DNA of 64,000 bases from Botryllus schlosseri (Eukaryota), in NCBI GenBank assembly GCA_051294905.1, contig CM119371.1:35528001-35592000 (forward strand), in the 5' to 3' direction. Below the pieces are notes generated by a model that had not been told where the DNA came from, made no database searches, and was given only the letters and a program-made list of their open reading frames with translations. Shown in pieces: positions 9,699 to 22,500 of this stretch (the first letter of the stretch is position 1; each line of letters starts with the position of its first letter). Position numbers and translations under genes: made by a program.

Positions 9699-12600
9699 AA
9701 CGCTAACCATATTACAATGGAATTGCCGTAGTATATATAAAAAATTGCCGGAGTTCAAGCATTTTCTTTCGACCCTAGATCACAAACCAGATGTTATTCT
9801 TTTGCAAGAGACTCACCTAATCGACAAATATACTCCGAAATTACGGGGCTATCGGCTTTTCCGACGCGACAAGACGGTTCACAAGGGTGGTCTGGCAGCT
9901 TTCGTTGCAGAATCTCTGAGTTGTAGCGAGGACGTTTCCGTGGCGTCGAATTGCTTCGAGTTGATGTGCCTGAGACTTGCCGACATAACTATATGCAACG
10001 TCTATATACCTCCCGATTACACTTTGAGCCAAGACGACCTCTCTTTCCTGTCATCTTTAGAGTCGCGGTCACTCATTTGTGGTGACTTTAATGCTCACCA
10101 TTGGGCATGGAGCCATCGCTCAAACCAACGGGGTAACCGACTTTATGATTATATTGACAGGCATAACTTCGTTTTGCTCAACAATTCGCAACCTACGAGA
10201 ATCAACCTGTCCGCAGATGCCATACATCGCTCATCCCTGATTGATTTAACCCTTGCGTCACCAGACATTGCGGCTTGTTGTCACACCAGCGTTTCAGGTC
10301 ACCTCATTGGCAGCGATCACTTTTTAGTGTCCACGACATTTCACTGCAATGTGGCACGTTCGCAAAAAATACCAAGATGGTGTTTGAAAAAAGCCAACTG
10401 GCTGGATTTCTCGCAGAACGTGGACCGTGCCCTCAGCAGCCCAATGCCGGAAAATGTACAGCAACTCAATACTGCTCTCACAAATATCATAGTCAATTCC
10501 GCCAAAATCACAATTCCCCGGACGCGAAACACCAACAAGATCCCTGTGCCTTGGTGGAATAAGGACTGTGAAAGGGCCGTTCGACGCAAGAAAGCTGCAT
10601 TCTTGAAAATGAAAAGATCTTTCAATTACCGTGACGTGATCTGCTTTAGGCGACTGCGGTCGGAATGCCGCAAAACCATTCTGACTGCAAAGAGGTCGTG
10701 CTGGGAAGAGTTTTGCGATTCTATTAACCGAAAAACGGACTTCCGCAAGGTGTGGAAAATTGTGGCATCGATGTCCAGGGCCTCCGCACCTCGCTCAATA
10801 CCAATACTCAATGTCAACAACACTACATTGAAGACCGATCGACGCAAAACCGAAGCCCTCTCGGTGGCCTTCTGTAAAGTCAGTAGTAACGCGAATTACC
10901 CAGTGACCTTCATGCAATATAGAAATGAAATCGAAAGAATTCAAATGCCCACCGCAAATTCAAATCGTATTGGAGGTGAATTGAACATACCCTTCAGTAT
11001 GTCAGAGTTGGAATGCGCAATACGCTCCCGGAAAGACACGTCTCCAGGGGGCGATTCAATCTGTTATGCAATGTTGAAACACCTTTCCGGCAACTCGCTG
11101 CAGCATCTACTACGCCTCTTCAATGAATCCTGGGTCAGCGGAGAAATTCCCTCCGACTGGAAGCATTCTATTGTAATCCCGATTTTCAAGCAAGGCAAAG
11201 ATGGCACCGATCCCAAGTCATATCGACCAATTTCTCTTACGAGTCATCTCTGCAAAGTGATGGAGGTTATGGTCGCAAACAGAATACGCTGGCACTTGGA
11301 GGCCCACAATTTGCTACATCCCTCTCAGTCAGGCTTCCGAAAGGGGAGGTGTACTCTAGACCACGCCATACGACTCCATGACTCGATATACAAGGCTATC
11401 AATAACCAACGGTCAACGATAGCCGTATTTCTCGATATAGAACGCGCTTACGACATGGTTTGGCGAAAAGGTTTACTATTGAAGCTATCTCGGCTTGGTA
11501 TTGGTGAGAAAGCACTCTGCTGGATCCAGAATTTCCTTACAAATCGAACCTACCAAGTGCGTGTCGGAAATACGCTGTCCGATGTAAACAGCCTCGATAA
11601 CGGAATCCCCCAAGGAAGCGTTTTGAGTCCGTTGCTTTTCACCGTGATGTTGAACGATGTGCCCCTAGATGTTCGAAGCAGCGTTGGCATTTACGCGGAT
11701 GACTGTGCCATATGGGAGAGCGGTCTTGGTATACCCACGATCGTTTCATCAATTCAGAGGTCTCTTGACTCGGTGCAGGAATGGTGTAGTAAATGGGGAT
11801 TCGTTCTCTCAAAAACGAAGTCTGTAGCAATGCTCTTCACTAGGAAAAGAAAGATTCCCGATGTGCACTTGCACATTGACGGAAATCGCATCAACCTCGT
11901 TGACAACTTCAAGTATCTTGGTATTACTTTTGATAAGTTGTTGACGTACAAAACACATATTGACAACGTCGCGAAAAAATGCTCCAGACGAATGGGATTA
12001 CTTCGTGTCGTCACACACACCGCATGGGGTGCTAATAAACACGCACTTCTACAGTTATACAGATCTCTTATCAGATCCGTCATCGACTATGGTATGCCAG
12101 CATACTTTTTCACATCGAAATATAACACTCACAAATTAGGGCTAATACAGAACCAAGCTTTACGCTTGTGTTGCGGAGCAATGCGGAGTACACCCATATG
12201 TGCTTTGCAAGCCGCCTGTAACGAACCTCCTCTCCACATTCGACACAAATATTTGTGTATGAATTATCGGTGCCACTTGCTTGGTCAGGAATACAACCAA
12301 CACCCATCAACTGAACTACTAACTGATTCATGGCATGAAATTTACTCCTTGATAAGACCGAACTTCAAGACGTTCAATACCCTGTCAAAATCCCCTATTC
12401 TGGAACGGTTAATGGTGGAAAAAGAACGAATTCAGTTCGTGGCACCCTGGACAGTTCCACTTCCCACGGTCGACAGATCATTAACTCGGCTTATACGAAA
12501 GGGGGACTCGCCAATCTCAGTGAACTCGTGTTTCAGAGATTACCTTTTCGAGTGCCACGACCAAGCCGTCGAGATCTACACAGACGGTTCAAAGACGGAT

Positions 12601-13416
12601 ACAGCAACGGCTTTCGCGATTTACATACCATCACAGTCAGTCCGACTTAGCCAGATCTGCCCGAGTTTATTTTCCGTTTTTCAAGTGGAGATGCTAGCTA
12701 TCGCTAATGCTCTATCGTGGATAATCCATCATGGCAGTCGAACCGATAAATATGTTATTCTGACAGATTGTCTTAGTGTTCTGAACACAATCGCCACCCC
12801 GAACCGCACACCGAGCAGAACGTTCAATAAGATTTTTCCTCTCTTCCTGCAGATTGTAGGGATGGGGATCGACGTTGCCTTCTCCTGGGTTCCAGGACAT
12901 AGTGGCATTCCCGGCAATGAGGTTGCAGATGAACTTGCACGTTCCACCGCCTCTTTCGCATTTGACAGTCAGGGAATACCTCAAATTACCTATAGAGATG
13001 TCAAGAACGAAGTACGAAAATACGTCCGGACTGAGTGGCAGACCGAGTACCGTTCAACAGAGACGGGAAACCACTACAAACGTTTCCACCGAACGGTACG
13101 AACAACGTTTCCCTCGATGCACAGATCGCGTTTGTATGAAACGATAATATTCCGTCTCCGGTCCGGCCATTGTCGCCTAAAGGGGCATTTATTTAAAATA
13201 GGCTGCATCGACACGCCTTTGTGTGACTTATGCCACGTACCCGAGAATGTAGATCACTTCCTCCTCGCATGCTCAAAATACGATTGGCACCGAGCATATT
13301 TAATTGATTTCTGCTTGAACTTGAAAGTTGAGTTGACCACATATAACCTTCTCGTACGACCAGAACTTCTCTCGCCTCTCGTCGAGTTCGTCCTGGCAAG
13401 CAATGTTTTGATTTGA
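9688..13416 (+). CDS. ORF2p: APE endonuclease, reverse transcriptase, RNase H and C-terminal CCHC (1242 aa)
   Basis: APE motifs QWNCRS, LQET, GDFNAH, IDLT, SDH. RT motifs YRPISL, QSGFR, FLDIERAYD, PQGSVLSP, YADD, YLG. RNase H motifs YTDGS, TDC, WVPGHSGIPGNEVAD. Zinc motif CDLCHVPENVDHFLLAC. ATG at 9688 (the track start at 9574 is a TTG). Confidence 0.97.
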   Translation: MDNKTLTILQWNCRSIYKKLPEFKHFLSTLDHKPDVILLQETHLIDKYTPKLRGYRLFRRDKTVHKGGLAAFVAESLSCSEDVSVASNCFELMCLRLADITICNVYIPPDYTLSQDDLSFLSSLESRSLICGDFNAHHWAWSHRSNQRGNRLYDYIDRHNFVLLNNSQPTRINLSADAIHRSSLIDLTLASPDIAACCHTSVSGHLIGSDHFLVSTTFHCNVARSQKIPRWCLKKANWLDFSQNVDRALSSPMPENVQQLNTALTNIIVNSAKITIPRTRNTNKIPVPWWNKDCERAVRRKKAAFLKMKRSFNYRDVICFRRLRSECRKTILTAKRSCWEEFCDSINRKTDFRKVWKIVASMSRASAPRSIPILNVNNTTLKTDRRKTEALSVAFCKVSSNANYPVTFMQYRNEIERIQMPTANSNRIGGELNIPFSMSELECAIRSRKDTSPGGDSICYAMLKHLSGNSLQHLLRLFNESWVSGEIPSDWKHSIVIPIFKQGKDGTDPKSYRPISLTSHLCKVMEVMVANRIRWHLEAHNLLHPSQSGFRKGRCTLDHAIRLHDSIYKAINNQRSTIAVFLDIERAYDMVWRKGLLLKLSRLGIGEKALCWIQNFLTNRTYQVRVGNTLSDVNSLDNGIPQGSVLSPLLFTVMLNDVPLDVRSSVGIYADDCAIWESGLGIPTIVSSIQRSLDSVQEWCSKWGFVLSKTKSVAMLFTRKRKIPDVHLHIDGNRINLVDNFKYLGITFDKLLTYKTHIDNVAKKCSRRMGLLRVVTHTAWGANKHALLQLYRSLIRSVIDYGMPAYFFTSKYNTHKLGLIQNQALRLCCGAMRSTPICALQAACNEPPLHIRHKYLCMNYRCHLLGQEYNQHPSTELLTDSWHEIYSLIRPNFKTFNTLSKSPILERLMVEKERIQFVAPWTVPLPTVDRSLTRLIRKGDSPISVNSCFRDYLFECHDQAVEIYTDGSKTDTATAFAIYIPSQSVRLSQICPSLFSVFQVEMLAIANALSWIIHHGSRTDKYVILTDCLSVLNTIATPNRTPSRTFNKIFPLFLQIVGMGIDVAFSWVPGHSGIPGNEVADELARSTASFAFDSQGIPQITYRDVKNEVRKYVRTEWQTEYRSTETGNHYKRFHRTVRTTFPSMHRSRLYETIIFRLRSGHCRLKGHLFKIGCIDTPLCDLCHVPENVDHFLLACSKYDWHRAYLIDFCLNLKVELTTYNLLVRPELLSPLVEFVLASNVLI

Positions 13417-13562
13417 ACAAATTTTCGTTAAGGTACACACACGACTTGCGAAGGTACACGACTTGCAACTGGTAATACAACATTTCTGTCGTGGCGCACC
13501 AGACCGATAAGGTGACAAGCGCCACAATGTCCCATTTTCAAAATTAATAATAATAATAATAA
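13417..13562 (+). other. 3' UTR with short direct repeat, stem-loop and (TAA)6 tail
   Basis: AAGGTACAC(ACAC)GACTTGC occurs twice (13430-13449, 13451-13466). GTGGCGC (13491-13497) and GCGCCAC (13519-13525) form an inverted repeat. TAA x6 at 13545-13562. Confidence 0.85.
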
Positions 13563-16500
13563 TACACGTATAGCTCTCGGATTAAAGACGCCGATATTTC
13601 TATCTTAGACAAGTGCTCCACTTTTAATCACGTTCAGGAGTCGAGGCTTGTCCCAAAGCATAATCGAACCGAGTTTTAGCCAATTCTAATGTCTAGTTCA
13701 AGTCTAATTTCATCTCTACTTTTCAGAGAAATTGCACGAGTATCATCACCTGGCCAACGTCTTTCGCAAAATTACACGTATAGCTCTCGGATTAAAGACG
13801 CCAATATTTCTTTCTTAGACAGGTGCTCCACTTTTAACCACGTTCAGGAGTCGAGGCTTGTCCCAAAGCATACTCGAACCGAATTTCAGCCAATTCTACC
13901 GTCTAGTTCGAGTCGAATCTCATCTCTACTTTTCAGAGAAATAGCGCGAGTATCATCACCTGGCCAACGTCTTTCGCAAAATTACACGTATAGCTCTCGG
14001 ATTAAAGACGCCGATATTTCTATCTTAGCCAAGTGCTCCACTTTTAATCACGTTCACGAGTCAAGGCTTGTCCCAAAGCATAATCGAACCGAGTTTTAGC
14101 CAATTCTACCGTCTAGTTCGAGTCGAATTTCATCTCTACTTTTCAGAGAAATTGCACGAGTATCATCACCTGGCCAACGTCTTTCGCAAAATTACACGTA
14201 TAGCTTTCGGATTAAAGACGCCGATATTTCTATCTTAGACAAGTGCTCCACTTTTAATCACGTTCAGGAGTCGAGGCTTGTCCCAAAGCATAATCGAACC
14301 GAGTTTTACCCAATTCTACCGTCTAGTTCGAGTCGAATTTCATCTCTACTTTTCAGAGAAATTGCACGAGTATCATCACCTGGCCAACGTCTTTCGCAAA
14401 ATTACACGTATAGCTCTCGGATTAAAGACGCCGATATTTCTATCTTAGACAAGTGCTCTACTTTAAACCACGTTCAGGAGTCGAGGCTTGTCCCAAAGCA
14501 TAATCGAACCTAATTTAAGCCAATTCTACCGTCTAGTTCGAGTCGAATATCATCTCTACTTTTCAGAGAAATAGCGCGAGTATCATCACCTGGCTAACGT
14601 CTTTCGCAAAATTACACGTATAGCTCTCGGATTAAAGACGCCGACATTTCTATCTTAGACAAGTGCTCCACTTTTAACCACGTTCAGGATTCGAGGCTTG
14701 TCCCAAAGCATAATCGAACCGAATTTCAGCCAATTCTACCGTCTAGTTCGAGTCGAATCTCATCTCTACTTTTCAGAGAAATTGCACGAGTATCATCACC
14801 TGGCCAACGTTTTTCGCAAAATTACACGTATAGCTCTCGGATTAAAGACGCCGATATTTCTATCTTAGACAAGTGCTCCACTTTTAATCACGTTCAGGAG
14901 TCGAGGCTTGTCCCAAAGCATAATCGAACCGAGTTTTAGCCAATTCTACCGTCTAGTTCGAGTCGAATTTCATCTCTACTTTTCAGAGAAATTGCACGAG
15001 TATCATCACCTGGCCAACGTCTTTCGCAAAATTACACGTATAGCTCTCGGATTAAAGACGCCGATATTTCTATCTTAGACAAGTGCTACACTTTTAATCA
15101 CGTTCAGGAGTCGAGGCTTGTCACAAAGCATAATCGAACCGAGTTTTAGCCAATTCTACCGTCTAGTTCGAGTCTAATTTCATCTCTACTTTTCAGAGAA
15201 ATTGCACGAGTATCATCACCTGGCCAACGTCTTTCGCAAAATTACACGTATAGCTCTCGGATTAAAGACGCCGATATTTCTATCTTAGACAAGTGCTCCA
15301 TATTTAATCACGTTCAGGAGTCGAGGCTTGTCCCAAAGCATATTCGAACCGAGTTTTAGCCAATTCTACCGTCTAGTTCGAGTCTAATTTCATCTCTACT
15401 TTTCAGAGAAATTGCACGAGTATCATCACCTGGCCAACGTCTTTCGCAAAATTACACGTATAGCTCTCGGATTAAAGACGCCGATATTTCTATCTTAGAC
15501 AAGTGCTCCACTTTTAACCACGTTCAGGAGTCGAGGCTTGTCCCAAAGCATAATCGAACCGAATTTCAGCCAATTCTACCGTCTAGTTCGAGTCGAATCT
15601 CATCTCTACTTTTCAGAGAAATAGCGCGAGTATCATCACCTGGCCAACGTCTTTCGCAAAATTACACGTATAGCTCTCGGATTAAAGACGCCGATATTTC
15701 TATCTTAGCCAAGTGCTCCACTTTTAATCACGTTCATGAGTCGAGGCTTGTCCCAAAGCATAATCGAACCGAGTTTTAGCCAATTCTACCGTCTAGTTCG
15801 AGTCGAATTTCATCTCTACTTTTCAGAGAAATTGCATGAGTATCATCACATGGCCAACGTCTTTCGCAAAATTACACGTATAGCTTTCGGATTAAAGACG
15901 CCGATATTTCTATCTTAGACAAGTGCTCCACTTTTAATCACGTTCAGGAGTCGAGGCTTGTACCAAAGCATAATCGAACCGAGTTTTAGCCAATTCTACC
16001 GTCTAGTTCGAGTCGAATTTCATCTCTACTTTTCAGAGAAATTGCACGAGTATCATCACCTGGCCAACGTCTTTCGCAAAATTACACGTATAGCTCTCGG
16101 ATTAAAGACGCCGATATTTCTATCTTAGACAAGTGCTCCACTTTAAACCACGTTCAGGAGTCGAGGCTTGTCCCAAAGCATAATCGAACCTAATTTAAGC
16201 CAATTCTACCGTCTAGTTCGAGTCGAATATCATCTCTACTTTTCAGAGAAATAGCGCGAGTATCATCACCTGGCTAACGTCTTTCGCAAAATTACACGTA
16301 TAGCTCTCGGATTAAAGACGCCGACATTTCTATCTTAGACAAGTGCTCCACTTTTAACCACGTTCAGGATTCGAGGCTTGTCCCAAAGCATAATCGAACC
16401 GAATTTCAGCCAATTCTACCGTCTAGTTCGAGTCGAATCTCATCTCTACTTTTCAGAGAAATTGCACGAGTATCATCACCTGGCCAACGTTTTTCGCAAA

Positions 16501-19500
16501 ATTACACGTATAGCTCTCGGATTAAAGACGCCGATATTTCTATCTTAGACAAGTGCTCCACTTTTAATCACGTTCAGGAGTCGAGGCTTGTCCCAAAGCA
16601 TAATCGAACCGAGTTTTAGCCAATTCTACCGTCTAGTTCGAGTCGAATTTCATCTCTACTTTTCAGAGAAATTGCACGAGTATCATCACCTGGCCAACGT
16701 CTTTCGCAAAATTACACGTATAGCTCTCGGATTAAAGACGCCGATATTTCTATCTTAGACAAGTGCTACACTTTTAATCACGTTCAGGAGTCGAGGCTTG
16801 TCACAAAGCATAATCGAACCGAGTTTTAGCCAATTCTACCGTCTAGTTCGAGTCTAATTTCATCTCTACTTTTCAGAGAAATTGCACGAGTATCATCACC
16901 TGGCCAACGTCTTTCGCAAAATTACACGTATAGCTCTCGGATTAAAGACGCCGATATTTCTATCTTAGACAAGTGCTCCATATTTAATCACGTTCAGGAG
17001 TCGAGGCTTGTCCCAAAGCATATTCGAACCGAGTTTTAGCCAATTCTACCGTCTAGTTCGAGTCTAATTTCATCTCTACTTTTCAGAGAAATTGCACGAG
17101 TATCATCACCTGGCCAACGTCTTTCGCAAAATTACACGTATAGCTCTCGGATTAAAGACGCCGATATTTCTATCTTAGACAAGTGCTCCACTTTTAACCA
17201 CGTTCAGGAGTCGAGGCTTGTCCCAAAGCATAATCGAACCGAATTTCAGCCAATTCTACCGTCTAGTTCGAGTCGAATCTCATCTCTACTTTTCAGAGAA
17301 ATAGCGCGAGTATCATCACCTGGCCAACGTCTTTCGCAAAATTACACGTATAGCTCTCGGATTAAAGACGCCGATATTTCTATCTTAGCCAAGTGCTCCA
17401 CTTTTAATCACGTTCATGAGTCGAGGCTTGTCCCAAAGCATAATCGAACCGAGTTTTAGCCAATTCTACCGTCTAGTTCGAGTCGAATTTCATCTCTACT
17501 TTTCAGAGAAATTGCATGAGTATCATCACATGGCCAACGTCTTTCGCAAAATTACACGTATAGCTTTCGGATTAAAGACGCCGATATTTCTATCTTAGAC
17601 AAGTGCTCCACTTTTAATCACGTTCAGGAGTCGAGGCTTGTACCAAAGCATAATCGAACCGAGTTTTAGCCAATTCTACCGTCTAGTTCGAGTCGAATTT
17701 CATCTCTACTTTTCAGAGAAATTGCACGAGTATCATCACCTGGCCAACGTCTTTCGCAAAATTACACGTATAGCTCTCGGATTAAAGACGCCGATATTTC
17801 TATCTTAGACAAGTGCTCCACTTTTAACCACGTTCAGGAGTCGAGGCTTGTCCCAAAGCATATTCGAACCGAGTTTTAGCTAATTCTACCGTCTAGTTCG
17901 AGTCTAATTTCATCTCTACTTTTCAGAGAAATTGCACGAGTATCATCACCTGACCAACGTCTTTCGCAAAATTACACGTATAGCTCTCGGATTAAAGACG
18001 CCGATATTTCTATCTTAGACAAGTGCTCCACTTTTAACCACGTTCAGGAGTCGAGGCTTGTCCCAAAGCATAATCGAACCGAATTTCAGCCAATTCTACC
18101 GTCTAGTTCGAGTCGAATCTCATCTCTACTTTTCAGAGAAATAGCGCGAGTATCATCACCTGGCCAACGTCTTTCGCAAAATTACACGTATAGCTCTCGG
18201 ATTAAAGACGCCGATATTTCTATCTTAGCCAAGTGCTCCACTTTTAATCACGTTCACGAGTCGAGGCTTGTCCCAAAGCATAATCGAACCGAGTTTTAGC
18301 CAATTCTACCGTCTAGTTCGAGTCGAATTTCATCTCTACTTTTCAGAGAAATTGCACGAGTATCATCACCTGGCCAACGTCTTTCGCAAAATTACACGTA
18401 TAGCTTTCGGATTAAAGACGCCGATATTTCTATCTTAGACAAGTGCTCCACTTTTAATCACGTTCACGAGTCGAGGCTTGTCCCAAAGCATAATCGAACC
18501 GAGTTTTAGCCAATTCTACCGTCTAGTTCGAGTCGAATTTCATCTCTACTTTTCAGAGAAATTGCACGAGTATCATCACCTGGCCAACGTCTTTCGCAAA
18601 ATTACACGTATAGCTTTCGGATTAAAGACGCCGATATTTCTATCTTAGACAAGTGCTCCACTTTTAATCACGTTCAGGAGTCGAGGCTTGTCCCAAAGCA
18701 TAATCGAACCGAGTTTTAGCCAATTCTACCGTCTAGTTCGAGTCGAATCTCATCTCTACTTTTCAGAGAAATAGCGCGAGTATCATCACTTGGCCAACGT
18801 CTTTCGCAAAATTACACGTATAGCTCTCGGATTAAAGACGCCGATATTTCTATCTTAGCCAAGTGCTCCACTTTTAATCACGTTCACGAGTCGAGGCTTG
18901 TCCCAAAGCATAATCGAACCGAGTTTTAGCCAATTCTACCGTCTAGTTCGAGTCGAATTTCATCTCTACTTTTCAGAGAAATTGCACGAGTATCATCACC
19001 TGGCCAACGTCTTTCGCAAAATTACACGTATAGCTCTCGGATTAAAGACGCCGATATTTCTATCTTAGACAAGTGCTCCACGTTTAACCACGTTCAGGAG
19101 TCGAGGCTTGTCCCAAAGCATAATCGAACCTAATTTAAGCCAATTCTACCGTCTAGTTCGAGTCGAATATCATCTCTACTTTTCAGAGAAATTGCACGAG
19201 TATCATCACCTGGCCAACGTTTTTCGCAAAATTACACGTATAGCTCTCGGATTAAAGACGCCGATATTTCTATCTTAGACGAGTGCTCCACTTTTAATTA
19301 CGTTCACGAGTCGAGGCTTGTCCCAAAGCATAATCGAACCGAGTTTTAGCCAATTCTACCGTCTAGTTCGAGTCGAATTTCATCTCTACTTTTCAGAGAA
19401 ATTGCACGAGTATCATCACCTGGCCAACGTCTTTCGCAAAATTACACGTATAGCTTTCGGATTAAAGACGCCGATATTTCTATCTTAGACAAGTGCTCCA

Positions 19501-22500
19501 CTTTTAATCACGTTCAGGAGTCGAGGCTTGTCCCAAAGCATAATCGAACCGAGTTTTAGCCAATTCTACCGTCTAGTTCGAGTCGAATTTCATCTCTACT
19601 TTTCAGAGAAATTGCACGAGTATCATCACCTGGCCAACGTCTTTCGCAAAATTACACGTATAGCTCTCGGATTAAAGACGCCGATATTTCTATCTTAGAC
19701 AAGTGCTCCACTTTTAATCACGTTCAGGAGTCGAGGCTTGTCCCAAAGCATAATCGAACCGAGTTTTAGCCAATTCTACCGTCTAGTTCGAGTCGAATTT
19801 CATCTCTACTTTTCAGAGAAATTGCACGATTATCATCACCTGGCCAACGTCTTTCGCAAAATTACACGTATAGCTCTCGGATTAAAGACGCCGATATTTA
19901 TATCTTAGACAAGTGCTCCACTTTTAATCACGTTCAGGAGTCGAGGCTTGTACCAAAGCATAATCGAACCGAGTTTTAGCCAATTCTACCGTCTAGTTCG
20001 AGTCGAATTTCATCTCTACTTTTCAGAGAAATTGCACGAGTATCATCACCTGGCCAACGTCTTTCGCAAAATTACACGTATAGCTCTCGGATTAAAGACG
20101 CCGATATTTCTATCTTAGACAAGTGCTCCACTTTTAACCACGTTCAGGAGTCGAGGCTTGTCCCAAAGCATAATCGAACCTAATTTAAGCCAATTCTACC
20201 GTCTAGTTCGAGTGGAATATCATCTCTACTTTTCAGAGAAATAGCGCGAGTATCATCACCTGGCTAACGTCTTTCGCCAAATTACACGTATAGCTCTCGG
20301 ATTAAAGACGCCGACATTTCTATCTTAGACAAGTGCTCCACTTTTAACCACGTTCAGGATTCGAGGCTTGTCCCAAAGCATAATCGAACCGAATTTCAGC
20401 CAATTCTACCGTCTAGTTCGAGTCGAATCTCATCTCTACTTTTCAGAGAAATTGCACGAGTATCATCACCTGGCCAACGTTTTTCGCAAAATTACACGTA
20501 TAGCTCTCGGATTAAAGACGCCGATATTTCTATCTTAGACGAGTGCTCCACTTTTAATCACGTTCACGAGTCGAGGCTTGTCCCAAAGCATAATCGAACC
20601 GAGTTTTAGCCAATTCTACCGTCTAGTTCGAGTCGAATTTCATCTCTACTTTTCAGAGAAATTGCACGATTATCATCACCTGGCCAACGTCTTTCGCAAA
20701 ATTACACGTATAGCTCTCGGACTAAAGACGCCGATATTTCTATCTTAGACAAGTGCTCCACTTTTATTCACGTTCAGGAGTCGAGGCTTGTACCAAAGCA
20801 TAATCGAACCGAGTTTTAGCCAATTCTACCGTCTAGTTCGAGTCGAATTTCATCTCTACTTTTCAGAGAAATTGCACGAGTATCATCACCTGGCCAACGT
20901 CTTTCGCAAAATTACACGTATGGCTCTCGGATTAAAGACGCCGATATTTCTATCTTAGACAAGTGCTCCACTTTTAATCACGTTCAGGAGTCGAGGCTTG
21001 TACCAAAGCATAATCGAACCGAGTTTTAGCCAATTCTACCGTCTAGTTCGAGTCGAATTTCATCTCTACTTTTCAGAGAAATTGCACGAGTATCATCACC
21101 TGGCCAACGTCTTTCGCAAAATTACACGTATAGCTCTCGGATTAAAGACGCCGATATTTCTATCTTAGACAAGTGCTCCACTTTTAATCACGTTCAGGAG
21201 TCGAGGCTTGTACCAAAGCATAATCGAACCGAGTTTTAGCCAATTCTACCGTCTAGTTCGAGTCGAATTTCATCTCTACTTTTCAGAGAAATTGCACGAG
21301 TATCATCACCTGGCCAACGTCTTTTGCAAAATTACACGTATAGCTCTCGGATTAAAGACGCCGATATTTCTATCTTAGACAAGTGCTACACTTTTAATCA
21401 CTTTCAGGAGTCGAGGCTTGTCCAAAAGCATAATCGAACCGAGTTTTAGCCAATTCTACCGTCTAGTTCGAGTCGAATTTCATCTCTACTTTTCAGAGAA
21501 ATTGCACGAGTATCATCACCTGGCAAACGTCTTTCGCAAAATTACACGTATAGCTCTCGGATTAAAGACGCCGATATTTCTATCTTAGACAAGTGCTCCA
21601 CTTTTAACCACGTTCAGGAGTCGAGGCTTGTCCCAAAGCATAATCGAACCTAATTTCAGCCAATTCTACCGTCTAGTTCGAGTCGAATATCATCTCTACT
21701 TTTCAGAGAAATAGCGCGAGTATCATCACCTGGCTAACGTCTTTCGCAAAATTACACGTATAGCTCTCGGATTAAAGACGCCGACATTTCTATCTTAGAC
21801 AAGTGCTCCACTTTTAATCACGTTCACGAGTCGAGGCTTGTCCCAAAGCATAATCGAACCGAGTTTTAGCCAATTCTACCGTCTAGTTCGAGTCGAATTT
21901 CATGTCTACTTTTCAGAGAAATTGCACGAGTATCATCACCTGGCCAACGTCTTTCGCAAAATTACACGTATAGCTCTCGGATTAAAGACGCCGATATTTC
22001 TATCTTAGACAAGTGCTCCACTTTTAATCACGTTCAGGAGTCGAGGCTTGTCCCAAAGCATAATCGAACCGAGTTTTAGCCAATTCTACCGTCTAGTTCG
22101 AGTCGAATTTCATCTCTACTTTTCAGAGAAATTGTACGAGTATCATCCCCTGGCCAACGTCTTTCGCAAAATTACACGTATAGCTCTCGGATTAAAGACG
22201 CCGATATTTCTATCTTAGACAAGTGCTCAACTTTTAACCACGTTCAGGAGTCGAGGCTTGTCCAAAAGCATAATCGAACCTAATTTCAGCCAATTCTACC
22301 GTCTAGTTCGAGTCGAATATCATCTCTACTTTTCAGAGAAATAGCGCGAGTATCATCACCTGGCTACCGTCTTTCGCAAAATTACACCTATAGCTCTCGG
22401 ATTAAAGACGCCGACATTTCTATCTTAGACAAGTGCTCCACTTTTAATCACGTTCACGAGTCGAGGCTTGTCCCAAAGCATAATCGAACCTAATTTCAGC

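Larger units (their letters stand above)
8008..13562 (+). mobile_element. Full-length non-LTR retrotransposon, I group (I/Nimb-like), family A copy 1
   Basis: Starts GGCATTCCC, has two intact ORFs (Gag-like 3xCCHC; APE-RT-RNaseH-CCHC), a 3' UTR, a (TAA)6 tail at 13545-13562, a 13-bp TSD and no LTRs. This domain order plus a TAA tail is characteristic of the I group. The exact clade needs an RT phylogeny. Confidence 0.96.

Noticed and set aside
8085..13527. Short antisense and alternate-frame ORFs within element A, and 63052-63720 (-) in B
   Set aside because: They are shadows of the main ORFs, have no recognisable domains and are not visibly conserved between A and B.
8008..13562. LTR retrotransposon, group II intron, retron or DGR interpretation of the RT
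   Set aside because: There are no LTRs, protease or integrase. The APE domain, TAA tail and TSD identify a eukaryotic non-LTR element.
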